A stretch of 64,000 nt of DNA, from the NCBI RefSeq assembly GCF_018350175.1, contig NC_058383.1:8868001-8932000 (forward strand). The letters run 5' to 3'. The position numbers were made by a program, and so were the translations under genes. The DNA comes from Felis catus. Taxonomy: Eukaryota. Positions 1 to 15,200 of this stretch are shown in pieces (positions within the stretch are counted from its first letter, which is position 1; every line of letters starts with the position of its first letter). The notes beneath the pieces are model-generated. The model was not told the origin of the DNA, ran no database searches, and saw only the letters and a program-made list of their open reading frames with translations.

Positions 1-504
1 CTCCCTGTCACTGAACGGACGTGACCCACGTCGCGTGGTCCCCTCAGAGGGGCACTCGTGTGTCCTGCGTGTCCTCGCCGCGGCCCTTTGAAAACCCGTC
101 GTCCAGATGAGGAGCGTGAGGCCCGACAGGCGTGAGCCCCTCACCCAAGGGGACACCCTTGCAGGCCAGGAGTGGGCCAGCAGCCCATCTCTGACCCTTG
201 ACCTTTTCTCACCTCTCTGTTAAAGCCCAGGCGGTTCCTTCGCCAAGCACCTTTTCGGGAAGATACCCTGGTTCCCAGATGCTGCACACACTAGATGCGC
301 TGCCTGCCTGCCACCGGCACTTCACGGCCAGCGCTGCCCCGGGCACCCGTGCTCCTCCTCCGTGGGTCTGCCGGGGAGCTGGGATGTGGAGAACTCCATA
401 AGGGGAGCCCCCGGATTCAGAACCGGAGAGTCCCTTCCAGAATCGTACAGTCTATTCAGTACCACCCCCCAGGGTTAAAGTCCTAGCAACCACGGTAACG
501 GTAA

Positions 505-712
505 CAACCATTTGCGAAGCGTTTTGCCGCGTGCCAAGCACTTAGCATTATTTCCTCCAGTCCTCGCCAAACCACTATACCGTGTGCACCAAGACCCCCG
601 TTTTATACATGAAGAAACTGAGTTCGGTGTCTTGTTAAAGGTCACCCCGCAACTAAGTGGCAGAGCCAGGCCTTGGCCCTGACCTGTCGGGCTCCGCAGC
701 CCAGGCTTCCAG
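505..712 (-). mobile_element. MIR SINE remnant
   Basis: ttttatacatgaagaaactgag...aaggtcac...taagtggcagagccagg core. Confidence 0.7.
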
Positions 713-3125
713 TGAGCGCCTGGTCTGGCCTCAGCACACGCACCTTCTCGGTTCCTCCTGGAGTTACCGACAGGTGCGGCCGGCCTCTGCTCTAACTAGG
801 TCTGATGGTAGAACCCAGTGACACGTTTGCTCTCTGGGCAGACAGCCACCTCTGCAGAAGCGATGCCACCGTTAAATGAGATCGCGTTTGGGGCACGGAA
901 CCCGGCCCACCCCGAGGGACACCAGCGAAATCGGAGCGGAGCCTTCCTCCACAGAGAACGACAGACGGAGCACCTGTTGCCTTTCCAGATTGAGAGTTTT
1001 GGAAACTAGACTTCGCAGGCACCCAGCAGGGAGTTTCTGGTCTGAAGCCCAAGCAGAGGACCATCGATCTTTTTTCCACGGTGGGCATATCTGGTACCAC
1101 AGGCCGTGTGCCTCCTGCCCCTTCACGCCACTACGAGTGTGGCTCTGGGGACATCGCACTCCCCAGAGACCGTGGTGAAGACGGGCTCGAGGTGCTCACG
1201 GGTCAGGACAGGCTCTGTCAGGCGGCCCCGCCAGCCCGCATCCAATCATCTGCCCGAAGAAATGAATATCAGAGGTTTACAGATGCGGTCTTGGGTTCTT
1301 CTTGATTAAGATGCCCCCAGGGGGGTGACAAATTTCAGCAAAAGCTATTCAGTTCTCAGCGAAAAATGTCACATCCGACCAAGTTACACAGCTCCAGTCC
1401 TAAAACCTTCTAATTAGGGCCCATCACAGGTCTGCAAAGCCATGCTCCCTGGGAGGCTGGGCCGTGATGACAGCCCCACATCAAAGGCCCTGTGGCGCCT
1501 CATCTGCACCAGGACCTTGCCCCGTGCTCTTCTGCTTGGCCCTTTGAGGTTGTTGCTGCCCTTCCCGTATTTCACAGATGAAACACTCATTACCGAGCCC
1601 CAAGGTGTCCAGCTCAGGAGTGACGGAACTGACTCCAGGTTCCGTGCCGCACCGGGTTCGGAAGCGCTCCGTATTTTCCCCTCTCCCTGCCCTCCCTCCT
1701 GTCTGTCTCGTGTTCCCTGAACACGACCAAGTTGTGCGTGTGTCCCAAATCCAGCCTCCCTGACCTCCGGCCTGGTGCCAGATCACCTTTTGTCTGGGAG
1801 TGCTGCCTGCACGCGATCGTAGGGGAGTGAAATAACCGCTTCTTCAAGAGCACCTGCAGAGACCCTGGTGTGGGAATGTGACTGCACGCTACCCCCATTT
1901 GACTAGGACGCCGTTTGACTAGGACGAGAAACCGTTAGGAAGTTGACAAGGGGTCATAAAAAGGAACCAGGGCAGAGCAGTTTTACACCGTGGAAATACA
2001 CAAGAAACTGCCAGCAAAGACAACAAGGAAAGAGGAGCGAAATGAGTTTAGCTTACAGAACACCCGAATCCTTGAACAGCAGGCAGATTGAGATGCAGGT
2101 TGAGCATCCGGCCCGATGGGCCGGATGGGCATGTCCTCCCCAAACTCTAGAACATTCTCAGCCGGACTTAAACTATAGCTGTGGTCGTGGCTGGCCACGC
2201 AGAACCCTGTAGATGGGAAGGCGCTGTCGATTCCCCCCCAGGCCCGGAAACCTGCTAAATCGTCTGCCATCCCCTGCCCCAGCTGGGTCTGTCTCCTGCC
2301 CCTTTGCGGGGGGTCAAAAGCAAACTAGTCCAAACACCCTCACGGAGGAGCGCGCCCTCTGCCCACCACCCACAGCTAATGGCCTCTCCTGGCAAGAAAG
2401 CCCTGCAGAGCTCTGTGCAAACCGATTACATCAATGCCCCGTGAGTTCGCAGACCCTGAGGGAGCACGTCAGAGCGTCATCCTATCAGGGGACCGTGTCA
2501 CCTCGCCCTCCCTCTGAAGGGCACTCGAGGGCCAGGGAGTCGGCTGTGCCCCGCCTTGGCCCTGCTGGCCAGCTGCCCTCCGAGGGTCCTCCCGTGGGAT
2601 TCCGACAGAAAGACCGACCAGCTCAATGGGTCTCCACTCCTAAAATGCCCACATCTGGGGGGGGCGGGGGGTCTGGGAGTACAAATGCTCTTCTTTCCCG
2701 ATGCCAGCGCTCCACGACGGAGGGCTCGAACCCCTTGTCAGCAGGGTCCCCGCCAGAGGTGTTGACATGCGACTGACTGCCTGTGTCAGCTTGCCTAATA
2801 TATTTCGGGAAAAGCCACGCGCTGATTTTAAAGTGCTGAGAACTTCTCTCCGTCCTGTTTGCCATTTCACGGTATTTCATACAAAATGGCCTTTTCTTGT
2901 TCTGTTTTCCATTTACGTAAAGCCTTGTCCCACCTCGGTTAAGTTTTATGCTACACTGTGTGTGACCACGCCTGCACGCGGGCCCATTCACACACACACG
3001 CGCGCCGGACCGGAAGCGTGAGGGCCAAAAGGCGACCCCACGTGTCACCACCATTCATTTCTAGGTGCCGGTGTTCCCTCTCAGGGACGGCTGGATGGCT
3101 TAGAGGGAGCGCAGTCGGCGATGGC

Positions 3126-3488
3126 TGTCCCAGTCCACACAGGCTGCCATAACACAACATCCTAAACCAGGGGTTTAAGCCACAAACATTTTATTCTCAG
3201 AGTTCTGGAGGCTGGGAAGTCCAGCATCAAGGCTCTGGCAAATTCCGCATACGGTGAGGGCTCCTCTCCTGGTTCACGGACTGCCGTCTGTCCGTCCACT
3301 GTGTCTTCACATTCCTAGCAGGGCAAGGGAGCTCTGCGGGGTCTCTTTGATGAGGGTGCTGATCTCATCCATGGGGCCCCCCCCCCCGCTCCCATCACCC
3401 CCGAAGACCCCGCCTCCTCACACCATCACCTTGGGGGTCGGGATGCGATACACGAATTTGGGGGGGGCACAGACATTTGTTTCATAGC
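3126..3488 (-). mobile_element. MLT1-type (ERVL-MaLR) solo LTR, degenerate
   Basis: Recognisable segments ggctgccataaca...ttctggaggctgggaagtcc...atcaagg and catcaccttggggg...gaatttgggggg. Confidence 0.75.
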
Positions 3489-3543
3489 CAAGTCCGCCCA
3501 CCTGTTTCAGACACAGCCACTAATAAAGTTCCTCTGTTTGCAG

Positions 3544-3602
3544 CAACTGGAAGAAAAACTCAAAGGACAGGCTGACTATGAGGAAGTGAAGAAAGAACTA
3601 AG
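3544..3602 (+). CDS. CUX1: CUX1/CASP shared coding exon (about exon 12), coiled-coil, QLEEKLKGQADYEEVKKEL
   Basis: tttgcag acceptor and gtaagt donor; 59 nt; translation matches recalled CUX1 sequence; joins in frame to 6617. Confidence 0.95.
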
Positions 3603-4949
3603 GTAAGTGTGGAGACGCCTGCTCGGCCACCCGCCAGTCGGGGCTCCTCAGTGACATTTGCTCAGGAGACTCTGCACCAGGAATGGGTGGGGGGACCAGC
3701 CACGAGTCCTTGCCCCGGGCCGCCCAGAGCCGTGGGCGTTTGCACTCAGGCCTGTGCCTGAATTCTCCGGACTTTCCATAAAACTCTGCGCGTTTAAAGT
3801 AGGCCAGCACGCACAGAATCAAGGGAGACGTTGCCTTTCAAGCAATTATAAAACACAGGGCCGTGTTGCAGACAGAAGTTCCCTGAACGGGAGCAGAGCA
3901 GGGAAATGCTTTCCCGTCGAAAGAGTTCCCATGGCCTCCCACCTCCTGCCCACCTGCAGGTGCCAGGACTTTCTTCTCCCAATGTCCAGTTTCCCCTCCG
4001 AGAGGCAACAGCTAAAAGCCTGTCACCCCTCCAGTGCTAACGTTTACACTCTCAAGGTGAAGTCCCCTCCCCACGCCCGGCCTCCCTGCCTCCCCCTGCC
4101 GTCTCAGACTCCCTGCCCCCCCCGCCAAGGTCGCCCAGCCCTGGAGTTCATGGGCAGCCCCCACAGTGCAAAGGGCCCTCTTCTCCCCCAGTCTGGCTGC
4201 AGAGTCTGTCCCTGAGCGTCCCTGCCTCCGTGGCTGGGCCCTCAAACACTCCGAAGACAGCCACCCAGCCCTCCAGGCCTGTGCTCTCCGCTGGAGAGGA
4301 ATGAGGGTCCTTCTCCCCACCAACCCCTCCGCAGACCTCCTGGCATCGCGCAGCCTCCCCCTTGGTCTCCGGATCCCTGCTCTGATCCCGGCATCTCCCT
4401 CCCGCCTCTCCGGGCTGACCCTCCCCCTGCACCTCAGGCCCCCTCCCCCTCCCCTGCCAACCCACCAGCTCCTCTCTCTTGCTGACATTTTTAACTTCTC
4501 CTTTTAAAATAGGCCACACCCCCTCGCCATGCTGTTCTTTGTATTCTTAATGATCCCTCGGGTTTGCCAAAAATGCCCACCGGAAGGCCTCTTCGACCTT
4601 CTTGCCACCAGGTCTCCCGTTGCCCTGGCTGGGCCACGAAGGCTTCCGGCCTCCCAAGGGAGTTGCCTGTAGGCGGCTCCCCAGCCCCACGCCCAGCGCG
4701 GCTCTCCCCGCACAGTCTCGCCCCCTCTGGCCACAGGCAGCCTCACAACCCCTCCGTGGCCACCGGTACACCTGCCGACTCGCAGATCCAGCCGTGGGGC
4801 GTTCGTTACTTACCCGTCCGGCCTTCTAGATCTGCCTCTCCCGTCCCCACATCCCCTCCTCCCTCTCTTCCTCCCACGCAAAAGGAAACACTGTGTGCCT
4901 TCTAGTGTCGAGTCAGAAAACTCTGATGCGAAGGCCTTCACCCCCAGCC

Positions 4950-5437
4950 CAGCTGCTGCACGCCGGCCCCCGCCCCCTCCCAGAACCGCACCCGTATTCC
5001 TGGAGGCCCTTTCTGTCGCACCTGCGCGCACCAAGGCCCCACCTCAGCCCCACGTCTGCACCCGAACGCCCCACTGGGATGGCTTTGCTGCTGAAATGTG
5101 TTCAACCCAAGTGCCCTCCCAAACACACGCCTCAGTCCCCATACCCATCCCCTCCGCGGGCTCCCTGCCCACCTTGGTGGTCTGTAAAATACCCTGCTCC
5201 TTCCGGGCCTTTGTGAGACACTGACTCCTCCTGAGACAGACCCCGTCTCCAACCCAATGGGGTTTCTGCCGCCAGGGGGACCCACCAGGTTTTCACTCTC
5301 ACACACTCTTTGGATTTTGTCTTCTACGCACATGACAGCCGACGGAGTCCACACGGGTGAGGGGCAGAGTGGCTCCGAACCTCCCGAGTGCCAGGCACCT
5401 AATAGGTCATCGGTAAAGATTTGCTGAACAAATTGAA
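4950..5437 (+). mobile_element. L2 LINE 3' fragment (approximate)
   Basis: gtgccaggcacctaataggt...taaagatttgctgaacaaattgaa terminus. Confidence 0.5.
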
Positions 5438-6616
5438 AAGATACTGGTGTTTGGGGTCTAAGCTCATGGACTCACTCCGGTCTTTTGTTACACGATCTTA
5501 AAGATCTCAGACAAGAATATAGTTGCGCACATGAAGGCCATAAAAAAAGACAAGTTCCAGACTGCTCGTCACTTCTCTCCTGGCTGATGCAGTGGGGCCC
5601 CGAGTTCTTATTATTTTCAATAGCTCACCATAAAATAAAATTATGAGGTTCCCTCCCCCCCCCGCTCCACCCCTCCCCGCAGCTGCTCTTCCGTTCCTGT
5701 TTTCTTAGTCTACGTGACGAGGGCCACTCTGAAGATATAACCACAGATAAGCTAAGCCGTCAGCTCCTTACTGGTTGCCACGGTGGCAATGGCAGAGCGT
5801 GGTCTCCTGGGGCCCTGGGCATTTTTACACCATGCTCTCTCTCTCTGACACTTCCGTGGAGCTTAAAGAGGGCAGGGGCCAGAGTCACAGCCGTAAGAAC
5901 TCTGGGAGAGCACAGGTGGCCCACTGCCTGGGACTGCGGAGGCTCTCGCTCACCTTCCCGAGCTCCTGGGGCCATGTGGACTCACAGAAAGGAAAGGGTG
6001 TCCCCTTAAATAGTGGTTCTGGGCACCTGCACTCAACTCGGCTGTGGGACTTGTTGAAACAGGTCTGGACGAAGTGATTTCAGTGATAAGGAGGACAAAG
6101 GAGAAATAGTCCTGCTCCCCCACACGGCCAGGGGCTACAGAGTAGGTCTGCGACCAGCCTTTGAGCCATCCAACTTGGGGCTTGCTCTTTGACCATTTCC
6201 CCCGGGGCCCAGGTGCCAGGCACCAAGCGAGCGTCTGGCCCCGGGAGCAGGTAGGAGGGATGAGCTTTCTCTCCCTGGCTTCCTTCTTACAACCTTAACA
6301 TTCCCTGTACGCTTGACAAATACATTCCGCTTGCAACAATGTTATGTCTGTGTTCAACTTTAAAATTATACTCTGAACAGCCCTGGTGTGATTCCATATG
6401 GAATGATTTACATGCTGGGCAAGAAACTTTTGCGGGCCAACTGCTAGTTGAATAGCTATTCTAGAGACACTATCAGATGATAATGCTGCCAGGGAGGTGG
6501 TTAGAGCTCTCGGTTCCTCGGTTCCTGGAGTGCAGGAAACTGATGTCAGTGCTCGTGAGCGTGGCGGTCGTCAAAGGTACGCGGGGGAAATGACTGCTCT
6601 GCCTTGCTCTTCACAG

Positions 6617-6665
6617 CATTCTGAAATCCATGGAGTTTGCACCGTCCGAGGGAGCTGGGACACAG
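6617..6665 (+). CDS. CUX1: CUX1/CASP shared coding exon (about exon 13), ILKSMEFAPSEGAGTQ
   Basis: tcacag acceptor, gtacac donor; 49 nt; frame consistent with both neighbours. Confidence 0.95.
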
Positions 6666-7469
6666 GTACACGGTCTCATTTGCTTTCAGTGTGTGCGAGG
6701 GTCAGCTCGCCGTGCTCGCTCGTCCGTCCCCGGGCGAGCATCACGAGCTCGAAATGTCTATGAAACCTCCCACCTGCAGCTGACGAGCAATTTCTCAGGA
6801 ACCTTAAGCAAGTTCAGGCACGTTATCTTTAATGTAAAAAGAGGCCAGAAGAGAAGAGTCAGTGTTTTCCAAACTGGTAACTCGGTTCACGTGACACTGT
6901 GATTTAACTCGGGCGGGCACTAAGAACGTGGCTAAAAACAGTCTTAGATTATGTCAGAGACCCGCCCAAAATGGACTGGCTTTTATTATCTGCTGCCTCA
7001 CGTGGAAAAGGGACGGGGCAAGATGACAGCGGCACATTGTCTACCTGGTGGCCGCGTAGACTTTGAGGCACCAAACAGAAGCCCACTCCTGATGCCCAGA
7101 CGGCAGCTGACTCTTTGGGGCTGGCAACCTGTGCGGTGACCTTCAGACAGCCAGTTCTAATGCCCGATGAGGCACAGGTCTGGACTCCCTGGACGTGGGG
7201 ACGGAATGGAGCATGATTAGTTGTCTAGAAGCCACGTGGACGTAAAAGAAGACGTAAAAGCTCCAGGTGGAACGCATTCCTTTGGAAAGGAACCCGAGCG
7301 TTTCCCACGTGCGCGTGACCGCCTTCAGGGGAAGGCAGATCTCCGTAACGTATCGGAGTCAGCCGCGTCGGGCGCACGAGCCATCAGAGCAGGGGGCGTG
7401 GGGTTCTGGTGGCCCCGGGGAGCGGGAGGGTGGCCGGCCCCGCGGTGAGCCCTGCTCTGCCCCATCTAG

Positions 7470-7670
<201 letters not shown>

Positions 7671-8549
7671 TGATGACAGCCTTGACTAATGAGTGCTTGG
7701 TCTCCTCCTGGTCCTCCTCACTGCTCCTCCCCTCCCCTCCCCGCCCCGCTTAAAGATGGTCAAGGCCGGATGTGTGGCCGCAGAGCGCCTGCGGAGGTCA
7801 GTTAGAGCCAGTGTTGCAGGACATCCAGGAGGGACGCTCGGAGGATGTTGGCTTTTCTGGTCTGTTCCCAGTTGTGCGGCCTCTCTCTCTCTCTCGTGGT
7901 GTTTCCGGGGCTGCTTGCGGAGGCCCGGCCCTTCCAGCCTCAGTGGAGCTTTTCTTCCTTCGTCAGGTTTTCCTTGGGAGCGCATCCCCCGTCCTTAGCC
8001 TTTCTTTGCTCGTCCCAAAATGGTGGCGTCACTGACTGCTTCTGGTTTTGGCAGCTGGTAAACCGTTTAACAGTGTCTCGGGCTCCGATGATATTTCGTT
8101 CTTAAAATGTGCGTGCCTTCGATCGAGTGGACTCGGTACAGTGCATTCGCCTCAGAGCAAGTGGTGTGAGAGAACCCGTTGGTCCCAAAATGTCAGTGTT
8201 TGCTGCTCCTCAGGCGGGGCCCTTCTGGTAATAGCTCGAATGCTAGCGGCCCGATCAGAGGCCCCGCGACCTGTCGACTCTTTACTGTGTGTGGTACCGG
8301 CTCCTTGTCACTTTAGGACTTTAAATCTATGTCGAGGGGACTCTCCAGGCTGCAACGTACAAGAAAGGTGCAAACATGAAATGCATGTTGCTTGTTTCGG
8401 GGGGCCTCGTTTGGCTAATTTAAAAATTCAATTGAAAAACAGACCAACACACCTCATTGGCCCTTGTAAAATCTGCACTTTTTGGTTTTTTTTTTTCCCT
8501 TTTGTGGGGCAAACTCTGCATTTTGGTCTTGGTTTTTTTTCCCTTTTGA

Positions 8550-9335
<786 letters not shown>

Positions 9336-10317
9336 TGAGCTGAAACGTCCGTGCGTCACAGCAGGTAAAAAATTCCGTTCGCCGCTACCATCTCTGGGGT
9401 CCGAAGGTCGGCGGCGTGAGCCGGAGCCGACAGATACGGGGGTCCTGGCCTCTGACACTCGCTCAGCCCCCCGCATGTAGTAAACTCAGAACCAAAGTGC
9501 CACCCGTCAAATCGGACGGAATCGCATCCTGTACAGCGTCCCGACGCGTGTCGCGTCCAGCGGTCCGATTGGCGGTGGGCGCTGGCCTCACGTGGGAGGA
9601 GCCCTCGGGTGGCGCCCGGCCCCAGCACGGCAGCAGCAGCCACGTGCCCCTCCTCTTCCCACGCACACGGGGAGTGTGTCCCGTGGCCAGCTCTCTCCCG
9701 GTGTGACCTTCCATTAGTGGTTCCTTTAGCCGAAACCAGCCAGACACCAGCCTGCCTTGAGTAAGATCCGTGAAAGCTCTGTGAAAACCGCCTTCCTCCC
9801 CCACCCTCCACGAATATGACAGCCACTCCTGTCCCTGATTGAAAGAATCCCCTTCCCTCCCGAACGACGGGATCATTCCGCTCGACCAGCAGTGGTAGAG
9901 AAGGGCAGTCTTACCAGACACACTGGAGACGCAGCAAACAGGGAAGGGAGACGCTTCCAGGAGCGTCGATTTGCACAGGGCACGTTGAGCTTTCTGTGGC
10001 GATGTTAACTGAAATTGACTGTCTTTGGATGATTAATGTGAGCTTTGTGCCGGGGGCTGGTGGGCGACGCGCTCGGCGGCAGGCGGTGCCCCCTCCCTTT
10101 GACCCTCGCGGCTTCGGTGCCGTGGGCCACTCCTTAGGTCTGTCTGATCTTCCGCAGCAGGGCCTTGGCCTCTGCGGGCCGGCCAGCCAGGGAAGGGCCT
10201 CTCGAAGTTTCTAGTACCTCCCGAGGTGTACAGGAAGCCCTGAGCCCTTTCTGTAGTGACAGGAGGCTCAGACGTCATGTCACACAGCCCATAGCGTCAA
10301 CGCCACCGTCCCCCTGA

Positions 10318-10449
<132 letters not shown>

Positions 10450-11655
10450 TAGTAAAAACCTAGGAAGCAGCATGTCCTTAGCTGTGCATTTGGGTTAAAA
10501 CTGTGCAGTGTGATTCTGGCCTGGAACCTGATGGAAAAACAGCTAGTAAGTATAAAACAAAGCACGGGTTCAAGTACGCACGGTCCCTTCCTCCCCAGCT
10601 GCCCACACCCTACTGGGTGCGCAAGAGGTGAGGCGGGGAAGCACCGCTAAGAACCAGCCCCCACCCCCACCCCCACCCCGGACCAGCCCAGCCCCCGCTC
10701 AGGTGCAAATTACACCTTTCCCCGTTTTCTCAGAAGCAGCCAAGAGCTAACGACTTTCGCTCTGAGAAAAATCAGGTGACCGAGGCAATGAGATACTGCT
10801 GCTTCCTCGTACTTCCTTTTAACTCTGAAATGCGTTAAAGGTGCTACGGAGTGGACAGATCCCCAGTGTCATTATCGGTTCTCCTCTGGGCCCTGGCGAG
10901 CCAACCCCCGCTGTGCTCCTGGGCGCTGCATCTTCACAGGGGCCGCGCCCCAGCGGTGTGCTTGTCTGGCAGTGGTTTGGTGCGGCGGTGGCCTTACTTA
11001 GCAGGGAAGTGGAGGATGAAAATACGCGGAAGGCTTCCAGAAAGAACTGGGGCCAGCTCCCCCCCGCCCCCGCCCCCGCCCCCGGCCGCAGTAGCTTCGG
11101 TGCCTCTGTGCACGTGGCTACTCTGCAGAGCGTCCCCCTGTGACCCAGAGACAGAATTCTTGCCCTGGAGGGAATCTCTGCAGGCTTCTGTCCTCGTTCA
11201 CGAATTTTTAAGACCCGGCATGGGATGATAGAGCCGAAATGTTAAATCTTCACCCTCTTCACCTTGTACGTGCAAATGACCGATAGGCGATCAGCCTCAG
11301 CCCTGCCCCCTCCTCTCCCATCTCTGCTCTTTGCGATCCCGGCGTCCCACAGGCGCACAGAACCTCGAGCGTAGTCCCAGGCCAAGACAGCCGATGAGGC
11401 TGCGTTTAAAGGGCTCACGGGCACCACTGCCTTTTAATCCCTCGTCTGTTTTTGTGCCGGATTAAGTGACGCGCTCTCCCTGGCCCCAGCCCACGGGTGC
11501 CGTCCAGTTTGGGTAAACGTGAGAGCTTGTCCCGCTGGCCAGATAACACCAGGGAGATTCAGCAGGAGCCCTTCCTGCGCGGGGCCGCAGTACCTGCTGT
11601 GAAGTTGCACGCACAGCAGATACGGGTAAAGGGGAGGCCACGCCTGCCTCCGTAA

Positions 11656-11940
<285 letters not shown>

Positions 11941-13386
11941 TAGCAGTAATTAATCTTAAAAAAAAAAAAAACAAAAACAAAAACAACAGTGTATGTTTTC
12001 AGGCATTTGGGCAAGCACGGACGGAAACAGGTCTGTGTGATCTGAATGTTGCCACTAGTGACCGCTCTTTTTATAATGTCATTTCCTAGCACTTGACTCA
12101 AGAACGTACCTTCGGCCTAGACCCTCCTTGACTTAAACAAGTGAACAAGTAGTTGGTATCAGATTTCCTTCTTTAAATGCCATCCAGGCTTCGTTATTTG
12201 GATATATACTTGACTAAACACTGAAAAAGAGCGGCCAGAAAATAAATCCTAAGCTCCATCATGGGATGAACGCGGCTGGGGAGGGGTGTCTGAGTGCAGG
12301 AGGTCGGCCTCAGGAACTGGCCCTCAGAGCTCCCGCGCCCCCGCTGAGTTGGAATTGAGAGGCACACGGTGCTGTAGATTCAGCTCAGACCCTCTGCCGG
12401 AGAGGAGACTGAGTGCCTGAGTTCTCTCGCTCTGGGGTTCAACGTATGGACACACACCCGCCCCGTCCCCACAAAACCCCTGCTCTGCAGAGCCCTTCCA
12501 CCGCAGGCCTGGCCACCGGCATCCGTGGCAGCTGAGGACGGGCCGCCACCCGGTCACTCCCCTGACCACTGGGCCTTCTCCCCAGGCCACCCCATTCCCA
12601 CATGACGTATTCAGAGGTGAGCTCAGGGCTCCCTTCTGGGAACCAGGCCTGGGCTTGGCGTCTTTACCTGCCTCCCATCCTACTCAAACCGAGTCCTCAC
12701 CACCGCCCCGGAAGACGGATTTTGTTATCCTGCTATGCTTGATTAGCAAACTCGGGCTCCAAGGGAGAACGGTACGCCCAGGTACATTAAATGGCAGGTC
12801 CTAGATGCAAATCCTCGTCCCTCAGCTCCTGTCCCGGCACTTTCCCCTCTGCCTCCTTGCAGGGACCCCAGAGCGGTGGGTGGGGGACTGGCCTGTGAGG
12901 CCTCAAGCCTGACCGTAGGTGGACCTTCCCTTTGGTGCGGTTCCTACTCTCAAGACCAGAGTGGACGTTTAAGCCGGCCCCTCGTCTGGGTGGCTGAACA
13001 GCCGAGAAGCTTGGCCGGGGCCCCCCTGCAGGGGGAGATAGCCCCAAATGGAGAGCGGAAAGGCCCACTTTGAGGGGTGGCTCGAGCCATGCCCTGCCCC
13101 CTTCCACGAGCCGCAGTTGTGCCTGCCTGCCCCCGGTCGTGTGCGCCAGAGGAGGAGGGCCTTCCGTCCACCCAGTGAAACCAAGTCCCCGAGAGGCCTA
13201 AAAGGTTGCCTCTGGTATCTGAAGCATTTTTCGGCCCCATTAACGTGGGTAAGGAGCCGGCTTATTGTGATTCCTTCCCCCAGACGTGAAGGTGTCTTAG
13301 AGTTAGAGCAGGTGTGGGGGCGGGGTTCAGTTCCGTGCGTCTCAGCCAGGGCCTTGCTCCACAGTCATCTGGGAGCGCTGGGTGCT

Positions 13387-13567
13387 GGGGCGCCTGGGTG
13401 GCTCGGTTGGTTCGAGTGTCCAGCTCTTGGTTTCAGCTCAGGTCATGATCTCACAGTTCATGAGTTCGAGCCCCACATTGGGCTCTGTGCTGACAGTGAG
13501 GAGCCTGCTTGGGATTTTCTCTCTGTCTCTCTCGAAATACGTAAACTTTAAAAAAAATTTTTTTTAA
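13387..13567 (+). mobile_element. CanSINE (tRNA-derived carnivore SINE), apparently inserted in a MER5-like remnant
   Basis: GGGGCGCCTGGGTGGCTC head, GTTCGAG B-box, CT tract, A tail. Confidence 0.88.
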
Positions 13568-14370
13568 ATGCGGTGCTGGTCCAGGCCCCCACCTGCCTAC
13601 TCAGTCAGACACTTCAGGGCTGGGGCCTGGGCATGTGCGTTTTAACAAGCCCAGTGGGCGGTTCTGGGGCACAGCCCTAGTCAGGAGCCCTTGATCTAGA
13701 CCAGTACCCATCCCAAGCTTGCAGACGGAAATCCTGAGGCCTAGCAGTGCCCCACGATCCCCCCCAAGGTCGCGGCCCCCGGTTCTGGACCAGGGCCTAC
13801 CCGCTGTCCCCCGCCACCATCCTGGGGCTCTCTATTGCTGGCCACACCACCGTCCCCTGCCCAGAGGAAAATAAATGTGAGCCAACCCAGACGCGGCCAT
13901 TTATCACTGGAGACTCTGGTCTCACACCACAACCGTTAACAGAAATTAGGTTTCTGAAGTTTGACGAAACCACTACAATTTTGGAATTTAGCGCACAAAA
14001 ATACTGCTTACAAATCATCAAGGATTAAAAAAAAAAAAAAAATCACCAGGGATGACGGCACATCCCCGGGCGTTGGCCCGCTTTCCCCCCGCCCCCGTGA
14101 CACCCCAGGATAATGAACCCTTTCAGATGGTGCGGAATAGAGGCCAGCGGTCTCGGAGCGGTGATGTTAGTCTGTCCGTCCCTGCCCGGACAGACGCACG
14201 CGTGGTTCGCTGACGGAGGAAACGATGGCAGGGCAGAGCAGCTCGGGTCTCCCGGCTACTCCGCGTGTTGTGGGCGGGGCAGGTTAGACCGGAGCGGAGG
14301 GAAAGCAGCATGTTCCCACCCGCTGGGGACGGTCCCGCCGCCATCTCACCTCCGTGTTTGCTCCGTGCAG

Positions 14371-15200
14371 CAGAGCCGGCCCAGCCTTCTTCCGCATCCA
14401 GCAGCGGGAGCTCGGACGACGCCATCCGCTCCATCCTGCAGCAGGCCCGCCGCGAAATGGAGGCCCAGCAGGCCGCCCTCGACCCCGCCTTAAAGCCAGC
14501 GCCACTGTCCCAGGCCGACATTGCCATCCTGACCCCCAAGTTGATACCCTCCTCGCCCATGTCGTCCGTGTCCGGCTACCCTCCGCTCGCCCTCTCCCTG
14601 AAGAAGCCCCCGCCCGCCCCCGACGCCAGCGCCTCCGCTCTGCCCAACCCCCCGGCCCTCAAAAAAGAGTCCCAGGACGCGCCCGGGCTGGACCTCCAGG
14701 GAGCGGCCGAGTCTGCACAGGGCGTCCTGAGACACGTGAAGAACGAGCTGGGCCGCAGCGGCGTGTGGAAGGACCACTGGTGGAGCACCGTCCAGCCGGA
14801 GAGGAAGAGCGCCGTTCCTCCCGAGGACACCAAGCTGGAAGAAGCCAGCAGCGCCAAGGAGAAGGGCGGTGGCGGCCAGCCGCGGGCGGAGCGCGGCCAG
14901 CTCCAGGGACCCTCGTCGTCAGAGTACTGGAAGGAGTGGCCCAGCGCCGAGTCGCCGTACTCCCAGAGCTCGGAGCTGAGCCTGACCGGAGCCAGCCGCA
15001 GCGAGACGCCCCAGAACAGCCCCCTGCCCTCCTCCCCGATCGTGCCCATGTCCAAGCCCGCCAAGCCCTCGGTCCCTCCGCTGACCCCGGAGCAGTACGA
15101 GATCTACATGTACCAGGAGGTGGACACCATCGAGCTCACCCGGCAGGTGAAAGAGAAGCTGGCCAAGAACGGCATCTGCCAGAGGATCTTCGGGGAGAAG
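14371..15200 (+). CDS. CUX1: CUX1 exon about 18, linker and N-terminal part of CUT repeat 2
   Basis: gtgcag acceptor, gtaagg donor; 830 nt; ends ...[26 protein letters not shown]. Confidence 0.97.

Noticed and set aside
1898..1926. 13-bp direct repeat TTTGACTAGGACG x2
   Set aside because: Small local duplication with no supporting context
1..3543. Possible additional upstream CUX1 exon
   Set aside because: No CUX1/CASP-like peptide with splice signals found; the earlier exons lie before the window
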